This document shows, piece after piece, positions 1 through 12,162 of a stretch of 64,000 nucleotides of DNA. Every line of letters begins with the position of its first letter. The first letter of the stretch is position 1. The position numbers were made by a program, and so were the translations under genes. The notes beneath the pieces were generated by a model, which was given only the letters and a program-made list of their open reading frames with translations, did not search any database and had not been told where the DNA came from. Origin of the DNA: Geosiphon pyriformis uo1 (Eukaryota > Fungi > Glomeromycota); assembly GCA_016748015.1 (NCBI GenBank), contig JAAOMT010000135.1, forward strand, positions 991,085 to 1,055,084, given 5' to 3'.

Positions 1-173
1 GTTGGGATTATTTCCACCTACTTTTGATTCAGCATAGTGAGTCCTTGATTGGGCCGAGTGTCTGATCACATGTAGAAAACGCATGATTTACGCCTATAAT
101 GTAATTCCTTCTGTGGTATCATAGTTTAGGTGATATTTGGGTCTCGCTCGTTAAAATATAAAAAAAAAAAAAA
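1..173 (+). mobile_element. 3' end (ORF2 stop, 3' UTR, poly(A) tail) of an upstream LINE copy (copy 0)
   Basis: TAG at 35-37 followed by TTGATTGGGCCGAGTGTCTGATCACATGTAGAAAACGCATGA...TTTGGGTCTCGCTCGTTAA and an A-run. This matches the 3' UTR motifs that follow the ORF2 stop in the five full copies. Confidence 0.85.
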
Positions 174-206
174 TCAAACCCTTTTTTTGTTAGACCAACT
201 GCCACT

Positions 207-2066
207 ATGAGTGGTCTTAGTGCTAAGAAAAGATCTGCCAGAGTCTCAACCATTGGTTCAGTTGGTGGTGGCTTAACTCAAAAAGTCAAGAAGCCTCTCA
301 GTGGTGTTAAACTATCAAGTGCGGATAAAAATCTCAAAGATAGTGGGCTTATTAGTGTGGACAAGCAACTTACTAACATGAATACAGATAGAGAAGTCTC
401 TGATAGTAAAACCACTTTTGACTCCCAAGTAAATACACCCAATGCAAAGCATTTCAATACTGGTGCGGCTATCAGTTCCCTTCTTGGCTCTATTAATTAT
501 GACATGGATAATGAGGAGAAGGTTTTTCTTCCTCCCTATTTGTCTTTCTCTTTGGAAAAGGTGTGGGTGGACCCCAAAATTGTTAAAACTTAAGTGGAAG
601 TAGCTGTGAAGAAATCTTTTGCTTTGAACATTAATCTTTTGGCTGTAGAAGGGAAATCAGCAATGGTTAAAACTCAGGTCATAAAAAACTTATTTTCAGG
701 TATCAATGGTTTTGGGGGGGCCACTACCTCCTCAAAATTTGAAGGGATCATTAGATCAATATTTACTTCATCAAAAAGCATGGAAAAGGCTGCATCATTG
801 GCCAGAGATAATAATATTATTGTGAACAGTGATCTTAAGAAACAAGGAATTCACTCAGATTGGGCCATAGTAATTAAGAAAATTCCCATGGATATGCCAA
901 AGGAAATGATCATCGCCGCAGTATCTAAGTTTGAAAAAATTGAGTTGATCAAAATCCTGATTGGTTTATGGCAAAAGGCTGTGGTGGAATTCGCCGAACT
1001 GGAACAGACTGTGTTTTTGGCTGCTAGGTAGTCCTTTCTGATTGGTAAAGACTTGATTTGTGTGGCTATGGTGGTGGGCGATTGTGAAACTTGGGCATTT
1101 AGGGATCAGTTCAGGGCGCTTTTATTTACTTTGCCAATAGGAATTACTGCTCATGATCTTGGAGATCTTTTTGAAAGAGCTGGTGGAAAAACTTGTGTCA
1201 TAAATCGGTCATTAGAGACTGGTAATAGGGTCTGCTGTGCTGTTGTTTGTTTTGATTCTGATGAAGTTTTGGAGTCAGCTTTTTGCATGGAGCCAATCTT
1301 TGGTGGTATGAAACTCTCATGGGCTAGGCTGGATTTGGTTCGCTGTGAATAGTGTGGGAAGTTCGGTCATTTTGCCTTGGAATGTGATGCTGAGGTTGCA
1401 TCAGCCCTCAAATCTTCAAAGTTTTTTATAAGGCCTGCCAACCCAAAAAATTGTCTCCAGCTGGCCAAATTGTATGCGAAAAAAAATATACCAATCTCTT
1501 GTCCTGTTGCCTTTGGTGGCAAATCTTGGGCTCAAATAGTTTCAGTTGTTTCGGTTTCTTGTGGTTTTTATGCTGGTTCTGGTTCTGGTTTCTCACCTTC
1601 CGGTGCTTTGAGTTTAGGTGGGACATTTCCCTCTCTACCTGTGGTTGATTCTTCTTTGAGTGCTCACTTGGCACTTCTGGAACGCTCTGTGGAGCTTTTG
1701 TCTGAGCAGATTTCGGACATTCTTTCTTGTCTTGACAATGTTGGTTCAGTACCCTTGGTGCCTTCCTCTCAAATGGCTTCTTCTGTGGTTGTTTCTTAGT
1801 CCCCAACCTCTGCTCTTTTTGTGATTGCAAACTCCGACTTAGATTTTAACATGACAGTTGATGATTCTGGTGTCTGGCCTACTTCTTTTTCTCCAGGTGT
1901 TGCCAATTTGCTCTTGGGTCTGAGTAGCTCCAAAGTTCTAACTTCCAAAGTTGGTGGTCTGAAATTGAAGTTGGTTGTCCTCAATATCTCTGTTGGTTCA
2001 ATTTTGGCTAATTTGGATCAGTTGTGTGCTGGCTCAGGTTCTTCGGTTATTTCTTCGTCAAAATGA
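207..2066 (+). pseudogene. LINE ORF1 (gag-like nucleic-acid-binding protein), interrupted by stops and a frameshift
   Basis: In-frame fragments 207-593, 594-1031, 1053-1352, 1377-1799, then 1821-2066. RRM-like segment IKILIGLWQKAVVEF, CCHC knuckle CE*CGKFGHFALEC and a C-terminal coiled-coil-like segment. Confidence 0.88.
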
Positions 2067-5000
2067 CCAGTTTTATTTGGAAAATTGCCATGTGTAATGT
2101 TAAGGGAATGAACAATCCTGCAAAACAGAAGGACATTTTTTGCTGGCATAAGAAATCTGGTAGTTTAATCTCGATTGTTACAGAAACCAAGTTGTGTTCC
2201 AGTTCATGACCATGGATCATGAAAAGGTTTGAGAGTGTTCGGGTTTTTACATCTAGTCTGGATGTTGGGTTTCGGGGGGCTGGTGTGGCCATTTTTGTGA
2301 ACAATTCTCTGGCTCGTCATGTTTCCAAAGTTGAGGAGGTAAAGGGCAGAGTTCTTTCGATTCGTTTTTTGTTCAAGGACAAGCTTTTTGTGTTTATCAT
2401 TGGGCTATATGCTTGTGCGTCTGGTGGCAATTGTTTTGCTTAGGCTCCTATTGTTAATTCATTCATTGCTAATATTGTCAACAAAAGTTCTTTTGTTGTT
2501 ATGGGTGGGGACTTCAATGAAAACAATTCAGTCAAGGGGACAAGTCTTAGAAAATGTTTAAGTTTGGGTCTAGTTGATATTTTTGATGGCCACTCTCTAG
2601 CTAGAGTTCCTACTTGGAGCAATTTAAAGAGCATTAGCAAGATTTTGGACTACATTTTAGTTAGTGAATCTTTGATTTTGGCTGTTGTGAATTGTAAAGT
2701 TAGTTTTGTCTTGGAATTTTTTGACATAGATCACTTGGCTGTCTCGATGTCTATTGGGCTGGGTGGTTTTCTGGATGCTCATTTGAACAGCATCTACAAG
2801 CATGCTAATAAGAATCACTGGAAGTTTAAGATTAAGAATGCTGATGAGAAAAAGTGGGCGCATTTTAAAGAACTTTCTGAGTGTGTACTTTTGGGTTCTC
2901 TGGATAGGTTCAAGATGGTTGAGGATGATAGTGACTTGATTGGAATGTGGGAGGTGCTAGCTAAAGCCATGACTGCTTCTGCTGAGGAAATTTTTTCAAA
3001 ACATTGGTATAGTAAATTTGATTGTGCTAAGAATAAACTTTCTTTTCCAGATTAGAGCTGTTGGTTGCCAAGTTATTAAAAATGCTAAGACTGGATAATA
3101 CGTTGGGTTTTAATTGTCTGGTTGATACTTGGTTTAAAGTTGACTCTTCCGAAGCTTTTAAAGTTCTTGGTATGGTTGGGAATGGTATAAGTTCTACTGG
3201 CTTGATAAGTCATCTTTCAAAGATTAGAAAGCAATATAGAAAGTCCAAATATTATGAATCTGAGATGGCCAAAAGATCTGCTATTAGAGACACAATTGAT
3301 AAGTGTATGGAAATGTTCAATATAAACAAAGATGGAATGATTCAGAGCATCTTGGAGCGGCCCTTTCGCAAAGTTGTTCTAGACCATTTGGTTGTTGATA
3401 ACTCTTTTATTTTGGAACCTAATGAAGTGAAGCTTAAAGTGGATGACATTATGGTTAATTGAACCAGAAAGTGGAATGCTTTTCCTGTTCTGTCTGGTCC
3501 CTGGGCACAACAATATGCCTCTTTGGCTTATGTTAATGATGGTGCCTTTAGTTGGGTTATGTGTGATATTACCATGTGTGAAATGTTTTCAGTTATAAGC
3601 AATCTTTCTGATGGCAAAGCTGTTAGTTTGTCTGGTATCACCAATGAACTTTGGAAACATTCTGGCTGTTTGGTTTTGGAGTGTTTGTTGTCTTTGCTGA
3701 ACTCTTGTTTGCATTCTGGTGATGTTCTGGTTCATTGGAAAGAGGCCTGGGTGTCCATAATTCCTAAGCCTTATGATTGGGATGGCGTTTTGTCAAATAC
3801 CTGGCCTATTGCATTGATTGAGACGGCCAGAAAGATTTTGTCAAAAGTTCTTTCAGATAGGATCTCTCTTGCTTGTAGTAAGTTTGATGTTCTCCATGGT
3901 AACAACTTTTCTGTCCTCAAAGGTACTTCCACTCAGTCACCAATTTTAGCTGTGGATTCAATTGTGGAGGATGCTTTGGAAAAAGGCCATAAACTTTGGC
4001 TGGTTTTTCAGGATATGCACAAAGCATATGACTCTGTTGGTTGGCCTCATTTGGAAGCTAGTTTACACTATATTAAAATGTGTAGCAGGTTCATTAAGTT
4101 TTTTGGCAACATTCACAACAATCGCTTCAACAGAGTCATGACAGATTTTGGCCTTTTTGATGGATACAGAGTTCTTGATGGTTTGGATTAGGGTGAAGTT
4201 TTTTCACCTCTTCTATGGAGAATTTTTTATGACCTCTTGTTGTGTGAAGTTGTGAGACAAGATCATTTGTGTGGTTATCAGATCAATTCAAACTTTGTGA
4301 CAAAGTCTGGAAGGATTGAGACTAGTGGGGTATGACTTCTTTTTTCGCAACTGGTGCCTTTGTTGATAATACTATTTGGGTGGAAAATGGGCAAGCCTCT
4401 ACACAGTACATTCTTAATGTGGCTAGTGAGTTCTTCCTCATCAATGACATTAACATAAACAATGAGAAGATGGTTGCCATTTCTATCAACAAAAGAGTGG
4501 GGGCTCCTGTTTTATCTATCAATGACCAGGCTATCGCTGTTGCCAATCCCAGTGTGGGTCATCAATATTTGGGTATTTTCTTGTCTACCGATGGCTTATC
4601 TAAGCCAAGTCTTGCCAAAGCCAATTCAGATGTTAAGTTCTTCTCAAACATGGTTCTCTGGAAGACTGTTTCTGATAAACAATTTTCTTATCTGGTTTTG
4701 GCTGTTTTGCAGCCTATAGTTATTTATCAAACACAGTTTAGTTTTGTTTTCAAAGCTGTTTGTCTAAAATGAGACATTCTAATTAGAAAAAGTCTTAGGT
4801 CAAAAGCCAATTTGCCGAGGGACTTTCCCAATAAGGCGTTGCACCACCACTCTCTTTATGAACTGAAATCTTTTGAACAGTTGCAAGCTGAATGCAAGGT
4901 AGCTTCCATTATGCAATTTGCGAATTCTTCTGGAATTCTTGGCTGACTGTTCAAACATCAATTTTTGGATTTGCAGGTTTTGTGCTGGGCTCCACTGAAT

Positions 5001-6740
5001 CCTCTTCAATATCCTGTTAAGTTAAGAGTGAACACTTCAAACAATTTTCTGACAGGTGTGGTTCGTATATTTCTTGACAACAAGCTATCTTTAGATAACA
5101 GGCTTCCCTGTGTCTTTCACTCTCCTGGCCGTTTCTTAATGTTATTGGTATTGGGTGATTTTTTGTATTTCAATGTGGTTCACTCCTTGAAAATTGCTGG
5201 TGTGGCATATGGTGACCAACTTCTGGACAAAAATGGTTTAGTTGTTAGTTAGCGTACGTTTCGCCAATGGAAAAGGCTTGGTTCTAGAGGCCCCATGCCT
5301 TTATGGTTTTTGAAGGCCTCCACTCACTTGAATAACTGTTTGCATGCTCCCCCTCCTGTGAGTTTAACTTCTGTCTGTGCCAGTGTTTTAGATTCAACAT
5401 CTTTTGCCGATATTTGTAAGGAGATTTATGGATTGTGGGCTGATGAGATTGATGTTTATACTGATGGTTCTCTTAGGGACTTGGGTACGTTTCAGATGGT
5501 GTGTGGTGCTACTGCTTATTTTCCTAGCTTGAACAAAGGTTTAGGGGTGGAGGTACATGGTGTGCTGTCTTCGACTCTGGCTGAGTTACAGGCTGTTGCC
5601 CTGGCTTTAGAGTGCGTTCCTGCCTCTGTTTCAGTGACTTTGTACACAGATAGTCAAGTGGCTATTGATGCATGTGTGGCCGAATTGAGTCTCTTGCAGC
5701 CAGATTGTCACAATAGTTGCTGGATAGAAAGGTGCCATGTGGTTGATTTGATTAAATCTAAAGATCTGACTGTCTGTTGGATCAAAGTCAGAGGTCATGC
5801 TGGCATCGCTGGTAATGTTGTGGCTGTCACTTTTGCTAAACAAGCTGCACACTCTAGAGTTTCTCTTTCTGCCAGGATTGATTGTAGATATGTGGTTGCT
5901 AATGGCAGGCTGGTTTCTGGTAATGCCCGCCATTTTGTGCGTGACATTTTTTGTTCTATTTACAAGTTTCAGTGGGAGGTGGGTCCTGGCCAAGGAGTTT
6001 TGTCTTGTTTGTTTGGTCTGGTTGTCGATTGAAATAGTACTGCTCTAGTTTGGCATCTTGATTCTCATATGCTCTCTGGGAGTACGTGTCGAGCCACTGC
6101 TGCTTTTTGTATGTACTTCATGAAAGCCGTTCATTTCAGGTTGCCTATTGTTGTTCAAAAGAGGTTGTATAATAAGTATTACCCTGGTGTGTCATGTCTA
6201 TTTTGTGGTGATGTGGAACTCCCCAATCACGGCTTTACTTGTGTTAAGGATGCTTCTGTGCAGTCAAATATTTTGGATAACTTTGGTAGTTTGTAAAAAA
6301 CTCTAATGGGTCCTGATTTACTGTCGCCTTCTTTTGTGCTACGAGATCTCTCTCTGGAGGTGTCTGATGTTGGTTTGTATTCAATTTTTTGCAAGGGATT
6401 TGTTCTCAAGAGTTGGATGGATGAGACCATTGCTTTTCTCAGTGACAAGAAGAAAGCAGTCTTTGTGGTGGTGGATTTCGTCTGTCGTTTGGCTGAGAGT
6501 CATAGGACAAACCTCTGGCTTTTTAGAACTAAGTTCAGGTCTAACATGGAGAGATGTGGTTTGATTGGTGATAACATTGTTGTGACCAGTGCTCTTGGTG
6601 TGGGTGCTCTGCCTCTCTCAGTTGGCACAGTCCGTCTTACTAGTGTGTTGGATTCTCTTAATGTTAGTTTTGGTTTTAGGGATAGGTTCTTGTTTTTTTC
6701 TGGTGCTGTTCATAGGATTAGTGTTTCTATAAGTGTGTAG
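2063..6740 (+). pseudogene. LINE ORF2 (APE endonuclease - reverse transcriptase - RNase H - CCHC), interrupted
   Basis: APE motifs (CNVKG, VTETK, GGDFNE, LDYILVS, DH). RT motifs (WPIALIETARKILSK, QDMHKAYDSV, GLD*GEVFSPLL, AFVDNTIW, YLG). RNase H (VYTDGS, AELQA, YTDSQ, KVRGHAG). Zinc knuckle CLFC...HGFTC. Confidence 0.93.
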
Positions 6741-7107
6741 TGTTGCCTTAATTGGCTCGAGTGGCCGGTTACATGTAGCAAATACATGAACCATGTTTAG
6801 TTAACTACTTTTCTTTGTAACTTATTCTAGGCATTGGTTGGGCTGCACTCATTAATAAATAAATAAAAAATAATAATAATTACATGTAAACGAAACATAA
6901 TTCATATTTATTTAAAATATATACATATATTAAAATAGTAAATTGTATTTGTATAAGCAAAAAAATTTTTTTTTTTATTAATGAATATTGTTTTAGCAAT
7001 AGAATTAAAACTATTAATTTAACACACAAAGGTAACGTCATGTGACTAGTTCACATTCACTGGGATCAAAGCTAGTCTTCTTTTGGGATACTAGGTAATG
7101 GTGTACC

Positions 7108-9565
7108 ATGAACCCCGTTTACAGAACAAAAAAAAGAGAGAGAGAATTCACTGCAGAGGAATTAGATGATCACATTGAAAAGAGCAAACTCCTTCCAAAT
7201 GGGTGGTTCTTCTGGGATCACTTCGAAACGCGTAGATCCCGAGTGCTTAGTATACGACTTTTGCATTTGTACAACTTAATTAACCTCCTTAAAACAAGTT
7301 TGCTTGAACAAAACTACGAGCGTGCCAACCGCATTTTAGTCGTTCTGACCGAAAACCGTGAGCTGGCCGTCAGTGCGATTTGGGAGGTACTTTTGAGATA
7401 GCCTGTTATTTTAATTTTATCACTTGATTTCGAAAGACTTCTTTAATTTCAAAAGGAAATTCTTAACCTTGTGGACCAAGTTGTTTTGAAAATTAACCTC
7501 CATTCAACAGACATAAATCATTTTATTTCTCAAAAGAATCAATCAATAAAGAGTTAACACATACAAGGGACGAATTTGGTAAACCGGAACTAATTTTCTC
7601 GTGCTCTATTATATCTTGTAGTTATGTGTCAAAGTGGTCCAGGAACTATCTAACCATAATGACGCTGTAGTAAAACTCTTAAATTTTTTTCTCGGAATCA
7701 TGCCAAATCGTGTAAGAAAAGAGACGAATTATATATATTTTTCTAGGCAATATTAATTTACCCTCATAATATTATTTTAAAGGGACCTGAATTGATTCTT
7801 GAGTTGGCATTCTATCATGTACATTGCGAAAATGCTGAAAGAGCGCTTGAACTTCTTGAACCGTATGATCTATTCTTTTTAATGTGTACTTCACAATTAA
7901 GCTATTTCTGATTATTTTGACTTCTAACTTTAGATGGCTTTACATAAGCCCATATCAGGAAAACCCATTGATACAAGGTTATATTGGGGTTTTGGCTTAT
8001 GGATTGTGGCATCAAGAAAATTTACAAATGAATATTGAGAATTTAGAATGCGAGATAAATCCCCGTTTTGTTACAACAAGATCCCTCGGATCATCAAAAA
8101 AAAGATCTCGTGACTTCCTCGATATCTTAAATAGCGATGAAGAAAATGAAGATGACGACGAGAAAGAATATGCCAATGATGGTGACTTATTAAATTTGTT
8201 TTTCTATGAATTTCTTTGATCGTATTAACACCTCATTTCTGTATAAAAAGAAGGCGTAATTAAAGTCAGATCTGATAAGCATCTCCATTATTATCAAGTC
8301 GCCATCCATGCACTGAAAGCTTCTTTAAAGCTTGACCTGTCCAATGACATGTTTTTAACATTATACCTCAGAGTATCGTAGAAGCAATTTTTCGCGACTA
8401 TCTTTATTGAAAGTAACCTGCTTAAATAGATTTTACTTATCATTGTTTTCATGAAAGTAGCTCTGTGCAAGCACCAAACAAATTGAGGAACCTTTGCTCT
8501 TAATTAACCAGTATATAAATGAATATCCAACAATGCTGACAGGCTACAGGTAATCTTTAAGATATTCAAATAGTGTTCAACGATTATTTGAGCATTTAGA
8601 AAAATAATATTTTGATTAAGTTTCTCTATTATAGGCTTTTATTTGAAGTCTTGTTTAAATATAAAAACCATAGTGATGAAGAATGGCTTGAGGCAGGTAA
8701 ATTATATCACAGAATGGACCCCGCCAGTCCAGATGAACTCGTCTTGAAACCTCTTTGTGATCATTACAAGGAAATTATTGGTGTGTCCCTATTCTCTCTT
8801 GATCCAGTATTAAGTATATTGGCTACCTAGTAATCCTGTGCCTTCTTAGCGTATGCCGAAGAGGATGACAAGCCACTTTTAATCGACGCGCATCTCAATA
8901 TTGCTGAATTGATATTGCAACGTATAGAACATGGAGACGATAGATTGTCGACGTTACAGGAAGTAGTCAAACGAATTTTGCTTTTAGAGTGGGGCTCTTT
9001 AATTTTTTTTCTTTTGCCTTTCTAAAATAATAAACGATAATCATATTATTTTAATTTCAACAATTTGCAACTAAGCATCCTGGATCCGACTTCCCACAAA
9101 CCACTCTTTTCGAGTGATACTGGTCGAGATACCTGGATGGGAGAATACATATATCGCCAAGGTGTCAAATTGGTTGATAGTCATTTAAAACGAGATCTTT
9201 ATTCTGTTCTGGGCTGGTATTCTGATGAAAAAAGCAAAAAATTATTCGCTCCGCTCGTTCACCATACATTAATTGAATCATGGAAAAGGATAGTTTTAGA
9301 CGGCCAAGATATATGGAAAAGTGGATATCAGCTTGTACACAACCGGGAAGTATTTACTCGTAGAAAAAGTGAAAAAAATGAAGAACTTCAAGCGAAGATT
9401 ATAAAAAGTGAATTCAATCAAGAAGAGGCAAAGGAAGAACTTCTAATGAAAAAGAGCTATATCGAGAAAAAACCAATTAATTCCAAATGGCGAAAAAGGT
9501 GGTGTCCATTAAAAGAAGAGCAATCTGAGTTAGAGCAACCACAAACTCCAAGAACATTCCTTTGA
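7108..9565 (+). CDS. Multi-exon host gene; probable RNA polymerase I core-factor subunit (Rrn11/TAF1A-like helical protein)
   Basis: ATG at 7108, a series of GT-AG-bounded exon-like segments, CpG retained, last exon ends at 9565. The N-terminal segment LLHLYNLINLLKTSLLEQNYERANRILVVL...AIWE resembles the conserved Rrn11 block as I recall it; the family call is unverified and exon boundaries are not fully resolved. Confidence 0.55.
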
Positions 9566-10172
9566 TTCCAAAGAATTTCCAGATTCTATCAAAAGTTCAT
9601 CTGGCCAAAATGTTTCGAGATTTGCATCTGTTTCAGATCATAAAATCCAAAAAGATGCAATCAAAAAAAATGCAAAGATATTTATCAGCAAAGATTAGAA
9701 ATGCTTTATGTTGACACAAAATAGTTGTCCCCTGGGAAAAGAGGCAAAGATTTTAATAGCGAGAGTTCTGGTAAGGGTGAACAACGAGCAGAATAGAAAT
9801 AATGGCAGAGGTGAAAATAAATATTTCATACAAAAGGTATTTGGTAAGGATTTAATAGTCTATTATTACAATGTTACTTACAGTACATAGCTGCGCAGAG
9901 GGATGGTTTGAAAGTCGGGAAATGATAATTATTAAGCAAATATTATTTGCTGAGACAATTTTTTTTGTGGAACTATGTAAAATATGAAAATATCATTTTA
10001 AACTACATCAAAAGGGATTAATTATTTAGGAATATTAAAAATTTACATCAAGTTGCTTCTATTTTATTTTAGATAGTTCAAATGGTATGGCTTAATATTT
10101 TATTTATCATGTAATGAAATTTAATATATCTGGGCCTTCGCGGAATCCATAATTTCATAACTACATGCCGAA

Positions 10173-12124
10173 TTAATAACGCCTCATGAAAAATGTGAAA
10201 ACCATGCCAATTGCTGCCATCACGATGCTCACCACAAAATTTTGCGATACAGCATCTTGAATCGCGTTTCTTATCGTCGACTGCTTGTCAAAAGGTAATC
10301 GCGCAACGACTGAAGGTGATAGAAGTGCAGCGTTGAGGTCATGAAAAAGGGTAATATTGCCTATCAAAGCATTTGATGATGCGTTTACCGCTTCCTCCAA
10401 CACGATGACATTGAATAATGACCCTGATACCGACATCCCAAAAACCAAACCAGCGCTTCTAAAAAAGTTGCAAAGTTTTGTGGTGATTTCTCTTTGATCT
10501 TCGCTATTGTTTATCGATGAATCAATTTTCATTTGGGGTCTTTTAGTTAACGTTGGTGCTTTGTCGGTTGATCTTGGCGATTCAATGTCATGTTGATCAA
10601 GGTTTTCAATACCCAACGATTGAGCTTTATTCTCTGAACTTATAGCAGCCTGACTTGCAATAGGCAAGATCGAGAATAATAAACCCACACCCATACCAGC
10701 TAAAGTCAACCCTGTAATCTCTCTGGGAATATCCTTGGGGAAATCAAAAGAAGCCTGTATTCCTACACCTATGATAACTAAGATTGAGCCTAAGATTACA
10801 CTCGATCTGTAACAACCCCATCTGTATACGGCCATGGGACCTAATCCAGACATTACCGCGATGCTGATTACAAAAGGTAACATGGCGATGCCAGAATTCG
10901 TGGCAGTCTTTCCCCTCACGTATTGATAGAATATTGGAATATAATAGATGATGACAGCTTGTACCCAACCGATAAAAAAGAAGGAACCAAAGATAGCTCG
11001 TAATCCATAGTTTTTTAAAAACGATGGTGGCATTATCGGTTGTGCGACGAAATGTGATTCGAATAATCCAAAACCCAGGAGAGCAACAAGACCTGCGCCA
11101 AACATGCTCAAGATTGGGACACTTATCCAATCGTATTGATTTTTTCCAGCAAACCCAAGTGGTAAAGTTATCAGCAAGAGTCCAGAAATTAAAAGAAAGC
11201 TTCCTATCCAATCGATTCGTTTCGGTTTGAAAGCGGGGATTGGAGTGTCAACCTTGGGGGTTTTCAATGTGAAAAACAAAATTACCAACGAGACGGCACA
11301 CAGTGGTCCATTGATATAGAATGACCAACGCCATGATGCATAATCAGCAAATAAGCCACCCAACAGTGGGCCCAAAATTATTGCAATTGCGAATATAGCG
11401 TTGAGGAAATTTTTGAAGAGATTTATTTGTTGCACTTTTAAAATTATATCTGATATAATATCAAAGCTCATGGAAGTAATCACTCCCCCACCCAAACCGG
11501 AAACTGCACGACTAACTATCAACGATTTCAAATTTTGAGCAGCTCCGCAAAAGATTGAACCGACTCCAAAACAGAGGATGGCTGATAAGAAAACTATCTT
11601 TCGGCCAAAAATAATTGAAAATCTGGTGCTCAAAGGGTATAGTATTGTCTTAAAAGAAAAAAAGCATAATTGATGAGGAAAGATATCAATTATTTTGCTA
11701 TAAAAGAAATGAAATCACTTACTTCTGAAAGATTATAAGATATTGCCAGCCAGGCCATATCCTCTGCGGACTTGAATTCACTGACAATCACAGGAATTTG
11801 TGTAGCCACAATATTTATATCCAAAATAACAAGGAAGAATACCAAGGATGTGCTTAAAATTTTCAAACAGTATTTAGCTAATTTTTATGACAAATAACCG
11901 CTAAATAATTTAATGTGGAAAGATAAAACCAACCCCATTAACACTAAAGCCTTATCTCGATTATTCAATTTGGTTACAAGTGGATCATAATTCTTTAGTA
12001 AGTTAATTGATTTTGTTGAAACTCTTTCAACGCTTCCTTTTGATGACAATAACTCTTCTTCTTTGACTGATCCTCTTTTTGAAAATACTGGTAAGTTTCT
12101 TATTGAACTTACATCATCTCCGTG

Positions 12125-12162
<38 letters not shown>

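Larger units (their letters stand above)
174..6881 (+). mobile_element. Non-LTR retrotransposon (LINE) copy 1, degenerate, near full-length
   Basis: Colinear ORF1 and ORF2 fragments (APE, RT, RNase H, CCHC), conserved 3' UTR and A/TAA-rich tail at ~6852-6881. The 5' motif seen in copies 2-5 is absent. Confidence 0.95.

Noticed and set aside
1426-1830. Antisense and alternative-frame ORFs overlapping the LINEs (for example 1426-1830, 5631-5993, 36890-37243)
   Set aside because: Shadows of the biased codon usage of LINE ORFs; no motifs and not conserved as open frames between copies.
207-6740. Alternative genetic code or programmed readthrough as the explanation for in-frame stops
   Set aside because: Stops of all three types fall at different positions in each copy and map to Trp, Gln or Arg codons, and host genes use the standard code.
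6741-6800. Hammerhead ribozyme or tRNA/Pol III A-box reading of the 3' UTR element (CTGATTGG, GAAA, TGGCTCGAGTGG)
   Set aside because: No conserved CUGANGA core, no B-box and no cloverleaf; reported only as an unclassified structured element.
150-6900. Target-site duplications for the LINE copies
   Set aside because: Flanks are low-complexity A/T and mutated, so no TSD can be called with confidence.
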